Assembly (NCBI GenBank): GCA_026770705.1
Contig: JANJGN010000013.1
Location: 98,642,001-98,706,000, forward strand
From: Isurus oxyrinchus
Taxonomy: Eukaryota
DNA length: 64,000 bases
Direction of reading: 5' to 3'
This document shows positions 10,310-22,432 of this stretch, piece after piece. The translations under genes were made by a program, and so were the position numbers. How positions within the stretch are numbered: the stretch's first letter is position 1; every line of letters begins with the position of its first letter. Below the pieces are notes generated by a model, which was not told where the DNA came from, ran no database searches, and saw only the letters and a list, made by a program, of their open reading frames with translations.

Positions 10310-13030
10310 ATGCGCCCCTTGCTTTTCAGATTAATGCCTTGCTGCCCTCCTCAAGGAGGTGGCAGAACAGCGGGAGGTATTGGTCCCCCAGGATGGGAGG
10401 AGGAGGCCCCCCCACATGACCAAATGTGCCTGGCAGGAGGTGGTGAGCTCCCGCGACGTGGTGCGGCGCACCTGGACCCAGTGCCGTAAGCGCTTCAACA
10501 ATTTGTTGCGCTCTGGAAGGGTGAGTACCGTGTTGGCATTGGGCATTTAAACCAGCAGGTAGCCTTAACCTTTAATGGACCCCTCCCAAGTCTTACTGTT
10601 GTGACTGCATTGAACCATGTTGGACATTTCTCGTACGCTGGGTGAGCAAGCAGATAGTGTCCATGCTTAGATCAGCTTGAGTGGTTCATGAGGAGATGAG
10701 TTCTCCCCCACACCATGTGTTGCTCTTAGTTGCAGGAGATGCAGCTAGGCACTTACTCAGAACTCCAACGCATGTCCTATTCATGTTGATGAGATTGTGA
10801 AAGGGGAGCCTCAAGGTGTCGTGGCCAAGAACCATCTGCTGCCCTCAATGCTGCACGTAGTTGTGCCTCCTTACTATGGGAGCAAAGACCGTGAATGTGT
10901 CCAAGGTGGCCGTTGTGGGGGTTGGGAACAGGCATACTATCTTTGTGTGACTGATCAGCAGTGGATGGGAGAGGAGGCACTGGAAGCCTCATATGGGCCA
11001 CTGTGGCTGGGGTGCGGCGCGTGAGTGCAGAGTCCATGTGCAAATTGCCTCAATGAATGGTCTTCTCTATTTCTCAGGAGAAGAATGCTCACAATGTGTC
11101 TCAGCATTCGAGGACTGGAGGCAGCCAGGCCCAGCTGCTGATGTTAAGCCGCTTTGAACAGGAGGCCCTGGAGCTTGAGAGGCACCATACACTCAGGTCA
11201 ACTCATGTCAGTGAGGCTGGGATGGAATGGCCAGGTATGTAAGGCAAACAGTGAGACCTGCTATTTCCCCCCAACATCCATAGCACTGATGATTGTTTAA
11301 TTTGTTATTGTTGCAACATTGCTCGGTTACAGAGTGATAGAGTCAGACGTGTGGATCATAGAAAAAGATCCCTCGGCCCTTCAAGGATGCGCGGGTCAAA
11401 CACATTCCAAAGTCACCTTACCCCATTTCCCAGCACTATGCCTATGGCCTTGTATGCCATGGCATCGCAAGTGCACATCCAAAAACTTATTACATATTAG
11501 GAGGATTTCTGCATCCACCACCCTTTCAGGCAGTGCGTTCTACATTCCCAACACACTCGGTGTGCAAAAGTTGCTCATCACATTCTCTGTAAACCTCATG
11601 CCCCTTACCATAATCTATGCCACCTGGTTACTCAACCCTCCGCCAAGGGGCAAAGTTCCTTTCTGTCGACCCTATCTATGCCCCTCATAATGTTATATAC
11701 CTCAATAATGTCACGCCTCAACCTCCTCTGCTCCAGCGGAAATAACCCCAGTCTATGCTATGTCTCCTCATAAGTCAAACTCTCCAGCCCAGCCAACATC
11801 CTGGTCAATGACCTCTGCATTCTCTCTACTCCTATCACATCCTTCCCATGAAGCGCATTTCACAACTGCACGCAGGACTATAGCTGTGGCCTAGGCAGCG
11901 TTTTCTGCACTTGGAACATTACCTCTCTGTTCCTATATTCTATTCCTTGACTAATAGAGGCAAGTATGGCATTTACCTTCTTAAACACCTTATGTACGTG
12001 TCCCGCTACCTTAACAGGCCTGTCAACATGCACAGCAAGGTCCCTCTGATCCTTCTTACTTTCCACGGTCCTACCATTCATCGTGTATTGCCGTGCCTTG
12101 TTTCTGCTGCCCAAGTGCATCACCTCACACTTATCCACATAACATTCCATTTGGCATTCCTTAGGCCATCTGACCAGCCCGTCTATATCCGCCTGTAACG
12201 TAAGGGTATCATTCTCATTATTTGCCACCCCACCAATATTTGGCTCCATAGGTTCTGGAAGGTTGAACACATAATGAGCCAGGGGGAAAGGGATGAAGTG
12301 TGTCACTGTGTGCACGCTAACTGATCCACTGTCCTTGTTGTTCATTTCAGCATCATCAGAGCCTGGCTGCCAGGAGGAACTACAGATGCCCCCTCTCACA
12401 CTGAGGGTCCTCAAGTGTCACCTGCGTCACACCATTTCTGCGAGGCAGGCATCAGCACAGATACTAGCTCATCGGTGTGCATTGCAACATCGGCTAGTGT
12501 CCCGGGGCACAGTGGAGAGGGTACTTCACAATCGCTGGAGGAGCTGGCAGAGACAGAGAGTGCCGATGGCACCAGCAGTCGGAGGACTGTAGGGGACCAG
12601 GCACATTCTCAGTCGGTGCGTGATGATGTGCCTCTGGAGTCGTCCGCGACACAGTAGCTGCACGAAATGCGGCCGGGCATGTAGGAACATCTGGAAGTGT
12701 TACATGAGGCTATGCTTCACTTGGTATCCATGGTGGAAGTGACCATGTGGAGCATTACTAATGCAATGAGCCTCATGGCAGAGCGTCATGCTTCCTCCAT
12801 GGAGAGTGGTGACTCTCATGGACAGGAGCCTCCAGGAGAAGAATCAGGTCCTCCTGGGGTTACACTCAGACCTGTAAGCCCTCACAGCACCAGTGGCCAC
12901 AACTGGTCATTGCCAATGTGGGAGACAGTGTGGGCTTCAAGCTTCCCAGCTTGTTTCCCATCCATCAACGGTGAGCAGGGAGGTCCAAGGCAACCTCATG
13001 TCGGCAGAGCAGCTGCCTGTCGTATCTGCA
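10310..13030 (+). pseudogene. Harbinger Myb/SANT-like (trihelix) DNA-binding protein, 3 exons, disrupted
   Basis: Exon 1 AWQEV..RRTWTQCRKRFNNLLRSGR then gtgagt (10521). Exon 2 11078-11234 EKNAHN..RTGG then gtatgt. Exon 3 from 12351 after ttcatttcag, phase-compatible. Confidence 0.78.
11330..12243 (-). mobile_element. CR1 LINE 3' part inserted in intron 2 of the Myb gene
   Basis: ORF 11878-12414 has LQADIDGLVRW..KCEVMHLG..RDLAVHV..PRPQL, the CR1 RT C-terminus. Confidence 0.88.
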
Positions 13031-13126
13031 GGCACCTCTCAGCTGATGACCTGGCAGATTTAGCACTTAAGTGCCGAGTATGGAAGCGTCAGGCAAGGCT
13101 GGTCCTCCTGATCCATTTGTGTGGAA

Positions 13127-14335
13127 CTAGCTGAAGGTTCGTTGGATTAAACGGGTGTCCCTGCCTCCTTGGTGTAGTCCCGGGTCAGTGTTTAGCCCCT
13201 CATCATTCCCCTGTGCTTCCTCATCCTCAGAATCAGTGCTGGACTCATCGTGTGTAGCCGCACCCACTGCATCAATGTCTTCATCGTCCACTGCATCCCC
13301 CCTTTCCAAGCGCAAGATTGTGGAGAGCGCAGCATGCAACCACTATCACCGAGACACGATCTGGGGGATACTAGATTGCACCCCCTGAGCGGTCCAGGCT
13401 TTAGAAGCACATCTTGAGAAGACCAATGGTTCTCTCCGCCACAGCCCTTGTGGAGGTGTGGCTTCTATTGTACCGCTGCTCAGCTTCTGTTCTTGGATGG
13501 CGGAGAGGCATCATGAGTCACCTTCTGATGGGATAGCCCTTGTCACCCAGCAGCCATCCATCAAGCCGAGCCAAAACACTGAAGAGACCCGGCAACTGGG
13601 AGCATCTGAGGATGTAGGTGTTGTGGGAGCTGCCTGGGTGCCTGGCACAGACTTGCAGAATCAGCATTCTGTGATCACACACTATCTGCACAGTCATGGA
13701 GTGGAATCCCTTCCTGTTGACAAAGGCACCGGGCTCACCTGCTCGCGCCTTGATGGCCACGTGTGCAGTCTATTGCACCCTGGATACGGGGGAAGCCAGC
13801 AATGGCCGCGAAGCCTCTGACTCGCCTGGTCGCAGTAGAAATGGATGAAGGTCAATGCACGCCTGAACAGAGCGTTTGGAACTGCTTGACACAAATGTGG
13901 ACAGGTGATTGGGAGACACCGCAAAGATCACCGAGCCGTGGAAGGAACCAGAGGCATAGAAGTTGAGGGCAACTGTGACCTTCAGAGCCACTGGCATGGG
14001 GTGTCCACCCACACAGTTAGGAGAGATCTCAGGGCCAATCATCTGACAGGTGTAGTTGACTGTCTCCCTTGACAATCAGAGTCTCCTTCAGCACTGCACC
14101 TCAATCATATTGAGGTAGCTGCTTCGCCGCCTGTATACTCTGGCATCAAGATAGTGGTGTCTTCTGCGGCCCCTTCCACTTTGGACTACCTCTTGGCCCT
14201 GTGCCCCTTGTGCCTACGCCTGTACTCCCAAAGGTGGCTCCCCTGGAGGCTGTTTGTCCACTCCTGGCCTCCTCCTTATTCTAGCCCTCCCTTCCTCCTC
14301 AGGGGAGCTGCCTCCAGTGGACATCTCTTATCCCA
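13127..14335 (-). pseudogene. Harbinger (HARBI1-like) DDE transposase, frameshifted
   Basis: MSRETVNYTC..PVALKVTVALNFYASGSF, FVNRKGFHSMTVQIVCDH..ARHPGSSH..GWLLGDKGYP, IGLLKMCF, and C-terminal LIQRTFS. Confidence 0.9.
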
Positions 14336-15654
14336 TACACAGACTAAAGGGAGGCCTCCGGAAAGCTGCAGGCCCAATAAAGATTACTGACTGCAGAGTG
14401 CTGACCTGAAGGTTCAAAATACACGGGAAGCTGCTGGAATTCGTTCTGAACTGCTACAGATCACAGAGTCACACAGGCAAGTTTAAAAAACTTTCTGCAA
14501 TAAAGACTCACAGACCAGATTGATGACCCCACTGAGCCCTCTTATCCCACCCGTGGATGAGTTTCATTAAAAAGTCTCTTACCCGCCTGCCCGTTGCGCC
14601 CGTGCGCCGACCTGAAGATCACACGGGCGCCTGAAAATCGTCATTGATTGACAATTTAAGGGCCTTAACTAGCCCATTAATTAATGGCGGGCACACATCG
14701 AACTTCATTGTGCACACATCCAGCGAATTATCGTGATGGCGCGTGGTGACGTCGGGATGCTCGCCCAACGACACCACGCGTCATTTTACACGCTGACGTG
14801 AGGGGCCTGCCTCCTGCACATCAAGCAGAAAATTCTGCTCCAAGTGTACTGTGAAGAGTGCTCTCTGACCATGAGACTAAGGCATATTTTGAAGCAGAGT
14901 AATTGGAGCTTTCCTCTCCATCTGGTCACACTTTATGCCTTAACTAGTTGTCCACGATTCAAAGCTGTTACATTTTCCAGCACTGGCACCTCTCTCTTTC
15001 AGGTCTAAAACACTGCTTTAAAATAACAAATATTGATGGCTGGCTTTTTTATCCCTTCTGAAATCAGTGAGGATGGTAGCAGTAGTGAGGGCCACCTCTC
15101 TGCTATGACTTCAATCTCTCTCCTTCATCTGCCAGGACTGCCATGAGTCACTTACCCTGCATGTTCCAGCAGGTGAAACCTGACAGTAGTCCCCACAATA
15201 GCAGTCCCCTGATTGAAGCAGGTAACCTTCTAGCACCATCCTCTACCTCCAATTTGCCCTCAAGCACTTACCTGAAGGCCTCCATTTTAGCCGAGATCCT
15301 CACTACTAGATGAGTATAAAAGCTTTTCCTCATGTGCCTTTGCTTTGGAGCCTGAAAATAGCTGGAGGGGGGAAACGTCAATGAGTAGTAGCATAGGCAG
15401 AACACTGGGCTCAAGTGAGTGGTTCCAGCAGTGATGTTAAGAGGGGGAGGAGGGAAGAACCAGTCAGGGACTGGGTCGTTGGTTTCTTTGGACATGAAAC
15501 AGTTTATAAAGAACAGCAAAGGGAAGAAAACAAGAAGAGAGGTGAAAATATAATTAAGAAAGGAGGGTAAATCTATTAATGTCACAATTATACTGCATTG
15601 AAGGATGAACTATTTTATAGAAATGGAAGCCACATTTTCACTGTCTGCTTATAA

Positions 15655-16260
15655 TACAGAATCATAGAAATTACAACAGTAAAGGAGTCACTGGCTCACT
15701 GAGCCCATGCCAGAATAATCCCTATAACTGAAGCTGTCTGCTCTCATTTTATTACCTACCATTTCCCTATTTTCTATGATACACACTCTTCTCAAATGAT
15801 TACAAAATCCTCTTTCAAATAATGTTACAGTCTCTGCCTCAATAGCCACTTGCAGTAAAGCATTTTGCTTTCTAGTAACTGTATAAAGAAGAAAGGTCCT
15901 TTGACTCCCTTCCCTCCAATACTCTTCAGCCTATAGTCACTTGTTACTGAATAGCCTGCCTGTGAATACAATCTTCCACTATTTATCCTATCAAAATATT
16001 TCATTATTTCAAAGCCACCCATTAGATTCCAGTGTTTGAAAATGAAGAAAACTCTTTTTTGAGTCTTCCTTTATAATTACAATCTCTCATTGCAGGTAAT
16101 ATTTCCAGTGAATTTGCACTATTTGCACAATTTTGATATTCTTTATCGCATGGTGTTCCCAGAACCTTATGTAATATTCCAGTTGTGGCTTAATAAGGTC
16201 ATGCTCAAATTTCCCTGCAACCCTCCTTAGTACAAAATCTAGAATCTTATTTATCTGTTT
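15655..16260 (-). mobile_element. Old CR1 fragment
   Basis: ORF 16087-16311 LIKPQLEYYIRFW; CR1-type tail near 15655-15700. Confidence 0.65.
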
Positions 16261-16539
16261 ACACCTGCTCAACATGAGCATGGCAGTGCTTGTGCTTTCT
16301 CTCTGAGACATTTGTTTGGGGGGGGGGGCGTGTTTTCACCTAAAACAACGCTCTTAGCTGCAGAAGAATGCTCACATTTGACAAACTTTTCCAAGTGCGT
16401 GGTCACTTCCTTCACCCTCCCTCTGCCTCCCTCACCTCCCTCATCATCCCCCTAGAATGCATGGCGCCTCTTCCTTGAGTTCTACAGGCAATCCTCACAA
16501 GCGCTGCACATCGTGGTGTGCACTCACTTCTAAGTTCCC

Positions 16540-16865
16540 TTCGAAGGTTAGCTCATCAGATCAAAGCCTTTTAAAGGCAGTCGTAAATCATCCCGTTCTG
16601 AAGTCACGCCAACATGGGAGGTAAATTTGATGGGAGGGAAAGGAAGATTCTGGTGTGCAGGCACAAGGGTGAGATGCAAATCCATTAAACGTAAGTTCCC
16701 AATGTTGGATGGCAGGAAACGTGGCCTGCACTGACGGGCAGAGCAGACGATTGCAAACTGGTTACACGATGGCTTAAAACTGATTTTTGGCATTCTCATC
16801 ATATTGTTCACTCAAACACGCCTGCCATGATGCCTGCCATCAACATGAGCGGAAAATTTAAGCCC
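16540..16865. mobile_element. Harbinger-type MITE/terminal fragment
   Basis: Ends in ggaaaatttaagccc, similar to the other Harbinger TIRs in the window. Confidence 0.45.
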
Positions 16866-17408
16866 ACTCCACTCCACTATTTCACTCCACTTCCTCTGCA
16901 TTAATATTCTTCTTACCAGGTGACCTACCCCTTGCACTGTATGTTGTAGGATTCTTTACCCAACCCCCACTTTACTCCACCTCCAGTAGAGCAGAATAGT
17001 TCCAATAATTTCTCATGCTTAGTAACTTTGAACTTATCAGCCTATGGGTGTTCTTCACAATTACGTTTCCCATGCCAGCCCTATGAGCTGTGTGATAAAT
17101 AAAATTCTCTGCTTTAAACTACATTTGTTGCTTTGGTCAGAGGCGATGCCTTAGGAATGTAATTGACTCACAACTTTTACTATCACATGAACAGTGTAGT
17201 TCTTGACTTTGTCCAATTGTGTAATATGGTGATAGTGGGACAGAAGCCCATTTTGTAACTGCCAATTTCTATATCCATTTACTTCAATGAGAATGATGTA
17301 AACTGACTGATGATTTTGTACCATTTAATTTACACCATTTCACCAAGTGGAGACCTAGAGTTTGCTCTAGAATTTGTTCAGTGTTGGTAGCTCTGATGAC
17401 AAGAGCGG

Positions 17409-17484
17409 TGGTGTAGCGTTATTTTCACTGTACAAGTAATCCAGAGACACAGGGTAATGCTCGAGGGACCCAAGTTCGAATCCC
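17409..17484 (+). promoter_or_regulatory. Pol III type-2 internal promoter (A box and B box)
   Basis: A box tggtgtagcg (17409-17418), B box agttcgaatccc (17473-17484). Homologous boxes in the SINE copy at 54463 and 54527. Confidence 0.72.
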
Positions 17485-17884
17485 ACCATGGCAGATGGGG
17501 TGAAATGTGAATTCAATAAAAATCTGGAACTAAAAGTCTAATGATGACATGAAACCATTGTTGATTGTCATAAAAAACAATCTGTTTCACTTCTTTAGGA
17601 AAGGAAATCTGCTGTCCTCACCTGGTCTGGCCTACATGTGACTCCAGACACACACCAATGTGATTGATTCTTAACTACCCTCGAAAAAGGCCTAGCAAGC
17701 CACTCAGTTGTATCGCTAAAAAGTGTAAAAGAAATGGAACTGGATGGATTATCCGGCATCGACATAGGCACCGGAAACGACAACAACAAGCTCAGCCCAA
17801 TCAACCCTGCAAAGTCCTCCTTACTAACATCTGGGGGCTAGTGCCAAAATTGGGAGAGCTGTCTCACAGACTAGTCAAGCAACA

Positions 17885-18038
17885 CTTCTATTTTTACTTA
17901 GGTCTGTTGAAGGGTCATTCGGACTCGAAACATTAACCGTGCTCCTATCTGCAGATGCTGCCAGACCTGCTGAGTTTATCCAGGTATTTTTGTTTTTGTT
18001 TTGGATTTCCAGCATTCGCAGTTTTTTGCTTTTATTTT
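17885..18038 (+). mobile_element. Mini-PLE (related subfamily) inserted in the LINE endonuclease region
   Basis: CTGTTGA-a-GGGTC-attcg-GACTC-GAAA-catt plus the family 3' end. Flanked by aaca on both sides; removal restores LVKQQPDIVIL. Confidence 0.88.
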
Positions 18039-20602
18039 AACAGCCTGACATAGTCATCCTCACGGAATCATACCTTACAACGTCTCTGACACCGCCATCA
18101 CCATCCCTGGGTATGTTCTGTCCCACTGGCAGGACAGACCCAGTAGAGGTCGTGGCACAGTGGTATACAGTCGGGAGGGAGTTGCCCTGGGAGTCCTCAA
18201 CATCAACTGCGGACCCCATGAAGTCTCATGGCATCAGGTCAAAGATTGGCAAGGAAGCCTTCTGCTGATTACTATATACCCCACCCCGCCCCGGTCCCTC
18301 AGCTGATGAATCAATATTCCTTTATGTTGAACACCACTTGGGGGAGGCACTGAGGGGGCAAGAGCACAGAATATACTCTGGGTGTGGGACTTCAATGTCC
18401 ATCACCAAGAGTGGCTCGTTAGCACCACTACTGACCAAGCTGGCAGAGTCCTAAAGGACACAGCTACTAGATTGGGTCTGCAACAAGTGGTGAAGGAACA
18501 TACAAGAAGGAAAAACATAATTAACCTCATCCTCGCCAAACTGCCTGCTGCAGATGCATCTGTCCATGATAGTATCGGTAGGAGTGACCACCGCACAGTC
18601 CTTGTGGAGACAAAGTCCCGTCTTCACATTGGGGATACCCTCCAACGAGCTGTGTGGCACTACCACCATGCTAAATGGGATAGATTTCAAACTGATTTAG
18701 CAACTCAAGACTGGGCAACCATGATGCGCTGTGGGCCACCAGCAGCAGCAGATTTGTAGTCAACCACATCCTGTAACCTCATGGCCCAGCATATCCCCTA
18801 TTCTATCATTACTACCAAGCAAGGGGATCAACCCTGGTTCAGTGCAGGAGGACATCTCAGGAGCAGCACCAGGCGTATCTAATAATGAGATGTCAACCTG
18901 GTGAAGCTACAACAGGGGACAATTTGCATGAAAAACAGCATAAGCAGCAAAGTGATAGACAAAGCTAAGCGATTCCACAGCCAACGGATCAGATCTAAGC
19001 TCTGCAGTCCTGCCACATCCAGTCATGAATGTTGGTGGACGGTTAAACAACTCACTGGAGGAGGAGGTTCCACATCCTAAATGATGGGGAGCCCACCACT
19101 TCAGTGCAAAAGGCAGGCTGAAGCATTTGCAACAATCTTCAGCCAGAAGTGCCAAGTGGATGACCCATCTCGGCCTCCTCCAGAGGTCCTCAGCATCACA
19201 GATGCCAGTCTTCAGCCAATTTGATTCACTCCACGTGATATCAAGAAACGGCTAAAGGCACTGGATATTACAAAGGCTATGGGCCCTGACAACATTCAGG
19301 CAACGGTACTAAAGACTTGTGCTCCAGAACTTGCCAAGCCCCAAGCCAAGCTAATACAGCTACAACACTGGCATCTACCCGGCAATGTGGAAAATTGCCC
19401 AGGTATGTCCTATACACAAAAAGCAGGACAAATCCAACCCGGCCAATTACTGTCCCATCCATCTGCTCTTCAGTAAAGAGATGGAAGGGATCATCATTAT
19501 ACTATCAAGTGGCACTTGCTTAGCAATAACCTGCTCACTGAAATCAGTTTGGCTCCTGCCAGGGCCACTCAGCTCCTGGTGTCATACAGCATGGACAAAA
19601 GAGCTGAACTCCCGAGGTGAGGCAAGAGTGGCTGCCCTTGACATCAATGCAACATTTGACCGAGTGTAGCATAAAGGTGCCCTAGCAACGCTGGAGTCAA
19701 TGGGATAAAGGGGGAAAACTTTCCACTGGTTGGAATCATAGCTAGCACAAAGGATGATGGTTGTGCTTGTTGGAGGTCAATCATCTCAGTCCCAGGACAT
19801 CACTGCACGAGCTCCTCAGGGTTGTGCCCTAGGCCCAACCATCTTCAGCTGCTTCATCAATGACCTTCCTTCTAACATAAGATTAGAAGTGGGGATGTTC
19901 GATGATGATTGCACAATCCTCAACACCATTTGGAACTCCTCAGGTACTGAAGCAGCCCATGTCCAAATGCAGCAAAACCTGGACAATATCCAGGCTTGGG
20001 CTGACAAAAGGCAAGTAACATTCGTGCCACAGGAGTGCCAGACAATGACCATTTCCAACAAGAGAGAATCCAACCATTGCCCCTTGATGTTCAATGGCAT
20101 TACCATCACTGGATTCCCCACTATCAACATCCTGGGGGTTACCATTGACCAGAAACTTAACTGGACTAGCCATATAAATACTGTAGCTACAAGAGCAGGT
20201 CAGAGACTCGGAATCCTGCAGCAATTAACTCACCTCCTGACTCCCCAAAGCCTGTCCACCATTACAAGGTACAATGTGAAGGAATGTGAAGGACTACTTC
20301 CCACTTGACTGGATGAGTGCAGCTCCAACAACACTCAAGAAGCTTGACACCATCAAGGTCAAAGCAGCCCGCTTAATTGGTACTCCTTCCACAAACATTC
20401 ACCCCTCCAACACCGATGCACAGTGCCAGTAGTGTGTACCATCTACAAGATGCACTGCAGGAACTCACCAAGCCTCCTTAGACAGTACCTTCCAAACCCA
20501 CAACTGCTACCATCCAGAAGGACAAGGTGAGCAGACAAATGGGAACACCACCACCTGGAAGTTCCCCTCCAAAACACTCACAATCCTGACATGGTAATAT
20601 AT

Positions 20603-20704
20603 GTGTTCTGTTGAAGGGTCATGAGGACTCGAAACGTCAGCTTTGCTCTTCTTTGCCAATGCTGCCAGACCTGCTGAGTTTTTCCAGGTAATTCTGTTTT
20701 TGTT
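20603..20704 (+). mobile_element. Mini-PLE inserted in the LINE 3' region
   Basis: CTGTTGA-a-GGGTC-atgag-GACTC-GAAACGTC. TSD atggtaatatat (20591-20602) and atggaaatatat (20705-20716). Confidence 0.9.
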
Positions 20705-21589
20705 ATGGAAATATATCACCGTTCTTCACTGTCACAGGGTCAAAATCCAGGTACTCCCTCCCTAATAGCACTGTGGTTGTACCTGCACCATAAGGACTGC
20801 AGTGATTCAAGAAGGCAGCTCACCACCACCTTCTCAAGGGTTATTAGGGATGGGCAAGCTGGTCTAGCCAGTGACAGCCACATTCCATGAATGAATGAAA
20901 AAAACTCTCAATGGGTTAGTTGCATGAGGAAAATTTGAGATCGGAGTAGATTGTGAATGAATCTCCAGAAATTTCAAATTAAAATTGGCAAACCAAAATG
21001 GTAATCAATGGAAGAATTAAAATTTGTAATGATTTGTGTCTTCATCAATGGCTTTAAATTAAATTTAATTAAGTAATATTGCGTCTTTAAATATTAAATA
21101 TATGAATGCATTTCTCAAAAGAAAGGATAATTAATCTATTTCATGATCTTCCATTTTATTCAGCTACTATGGAGATGATACAATATCCTTGGAATTACTA
21201 ATTTTTAAAGTTACTGTAATTTAGATATCAATTTTAATTCCCAGAATACTGATTTCCTAATTTGTAAGAATTGGAATTGTTGTAAGTAAAGGGTGGCACT
21301 GTGCATAATTTTTATATTAAATTTATTTTAATATCATAAAGTAATGCTGACAGCTTCTCCCATTATTTTGATCATTCTCTTAAGTCTACAAGGAGTTAAA
21401 TGTACTTAAATTATATCATACATACGGGCTCTTATATTTGTTTTACTGATAATGACACTATTAATTTATTTAAAATAGGTAGCTCAAGTTCTCTTGCTCT
21501 GAAAAATCTACATTTGACTAACAAGATTGTGCACACAGAGCTAGTAAACAGAGTAACAGTGAGAATTCATTGGTATATATGAGGAATTT

Positions 21590-21940
21590 CTGCTGACGTA
21601 CAGAGTCGTGCACACAGAGCTGGGTGAATCTGCTAAACAGAGTGCTGACAGGAATTTGGTTGGAGTGGGAAATCAATGCTGAAAAGAGGCACAGCCATAA
21701 AAATCTGGTATACATAAATAATTGAATATTAACAAGGAGTAAAGGTACACGAAACAAAAAACAGAGAGTACATAACATAAATCGTTTGGTTTTTAAGTAA
21801 AAAGATGAAACAGATGAGACCTATTCCTTGCAATTTCTGTGTCACCCGGAAAGTCCAGAGTGTTCCACGTATCCTGGATAAACATATATGTATGAAGTGC
21901 CTCCAGTTGCTCAAATACAAACTCAGGCTTTCTAGCCTCC
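21590..21940 (+). mobile_element. CR1 5' UTR and ORF1 N-terminal zinc-finger fragment
   Basis: 21817-21935 translates as RPIPCNFC..LDKHICMKCLQLLKYKLRLS, the CxxC..HxCxKCxQL pattern of CR1 ORF1. Confidence 0.6.
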
Positions 21941-21981
21941 GTCCATGCTGTATTGTTCTATGATTCTATACATGATTCTAT

Positions 21982-22300
21982 ACCAGGGATGAGGCACTTT
22001 AGTTACGTGGAGAGACTGAAAAGTTGGGGTTGTTCTCCTTAAAGTGGTGAAGGTTAAGAGGAGACTTAATAGTGTGTTCAAAATCATGAACAGTTTTGAT
22101 AGAGTAAATAAAAAAACCAGAAGCAACATGATGAAACATTTTTTTTGCAATGTAAGTCATTGTGACCTGGAATGCACTGCCTGAAAGGGTTGTGCAAACT
22201 GATTCAGTCGCAACTTTCAAAAGGGAACTGAATAATACTTGATGATAAAAATATGCAGAGCTCTAGGCAATAAATGTGAGGCTAATTTGACCTTTCATTA
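21982..22300 (+). mobile_element. CR1 3' fragment
   Basis: ERLKSWGCSP/LRGDLIVCSKS-type remnant and tggaatgcactgcctgaaagggt, similar to 25920-26200. Confidence 0.7.
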
Positions 22301-22309
22301 GAACATGGG

Positions 22310-22432
22310 TTCTGATGAAAGATTGAGACTTGACTTTGTTTCTCTCTCCACTGATACTGCCAGACCTGCTGAGTGTTTCCAGCATTTTCTGTTTTTATTT
22401 CAGATTTCCAGCAGTGCAGTATTTTGCTTTTG
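22310..22432 (+). mobile_element. Older mini-PLE 3'-end insertion with canonical CTGATGA remnant
   Basis: tctgatgaaag..gatactgccagacctgctgagtgtttccagcattttctgtttttatttcagatttccagca. Confidence 0.75.

Larger units (their letters stand above)
10140..14840. mobile_element. Decayed PIF/Harbinger DNA transposon (convergent Myb/SANT gene + transposase)
   Basis: Contains both Harbinger genes. Right end aaaattctgctc (14829-14840) matches the MITE TIR aaaattctgccc. Left TIR not found. Confidence 0.85.
17404..20904 (+). mobile_element. Apparently full-length CR1/jockey-superfamily LINE with tRNA-derived 5' head and a single decayed APE-RT ORF
   Basis: Head with A/B boxes. APE motifs LLTNIWGL, PDIVILTESYL, WDFNVHH, GRSDH. 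RT motifs GPDNI, WKIAQVCPIHKK, ALDINATFDRV, PQGCALGPTIF, MFDDD. Tail (atga)n then A-run at 20887-20904. Confidence 0.9.

Noticed and set aside
13127-14335. Host HARBI1 gene
   Set aside because: Frameshifts and stops, paired Myb gene and a TIR indicate a transposon copy.
17391-17403. TSD for the tRNA-headed LINE (ctctgatga versus ctctcaatg at 20905)
   Set aside because: The match is too weak to claim, so the unity of head and body is not proven by a TSD here.
17404-17490. Functional tRNA gene
   Set aside because: No convincing cloverleaf, extended A-B spacing, and it continues into the SINE/LINE body.
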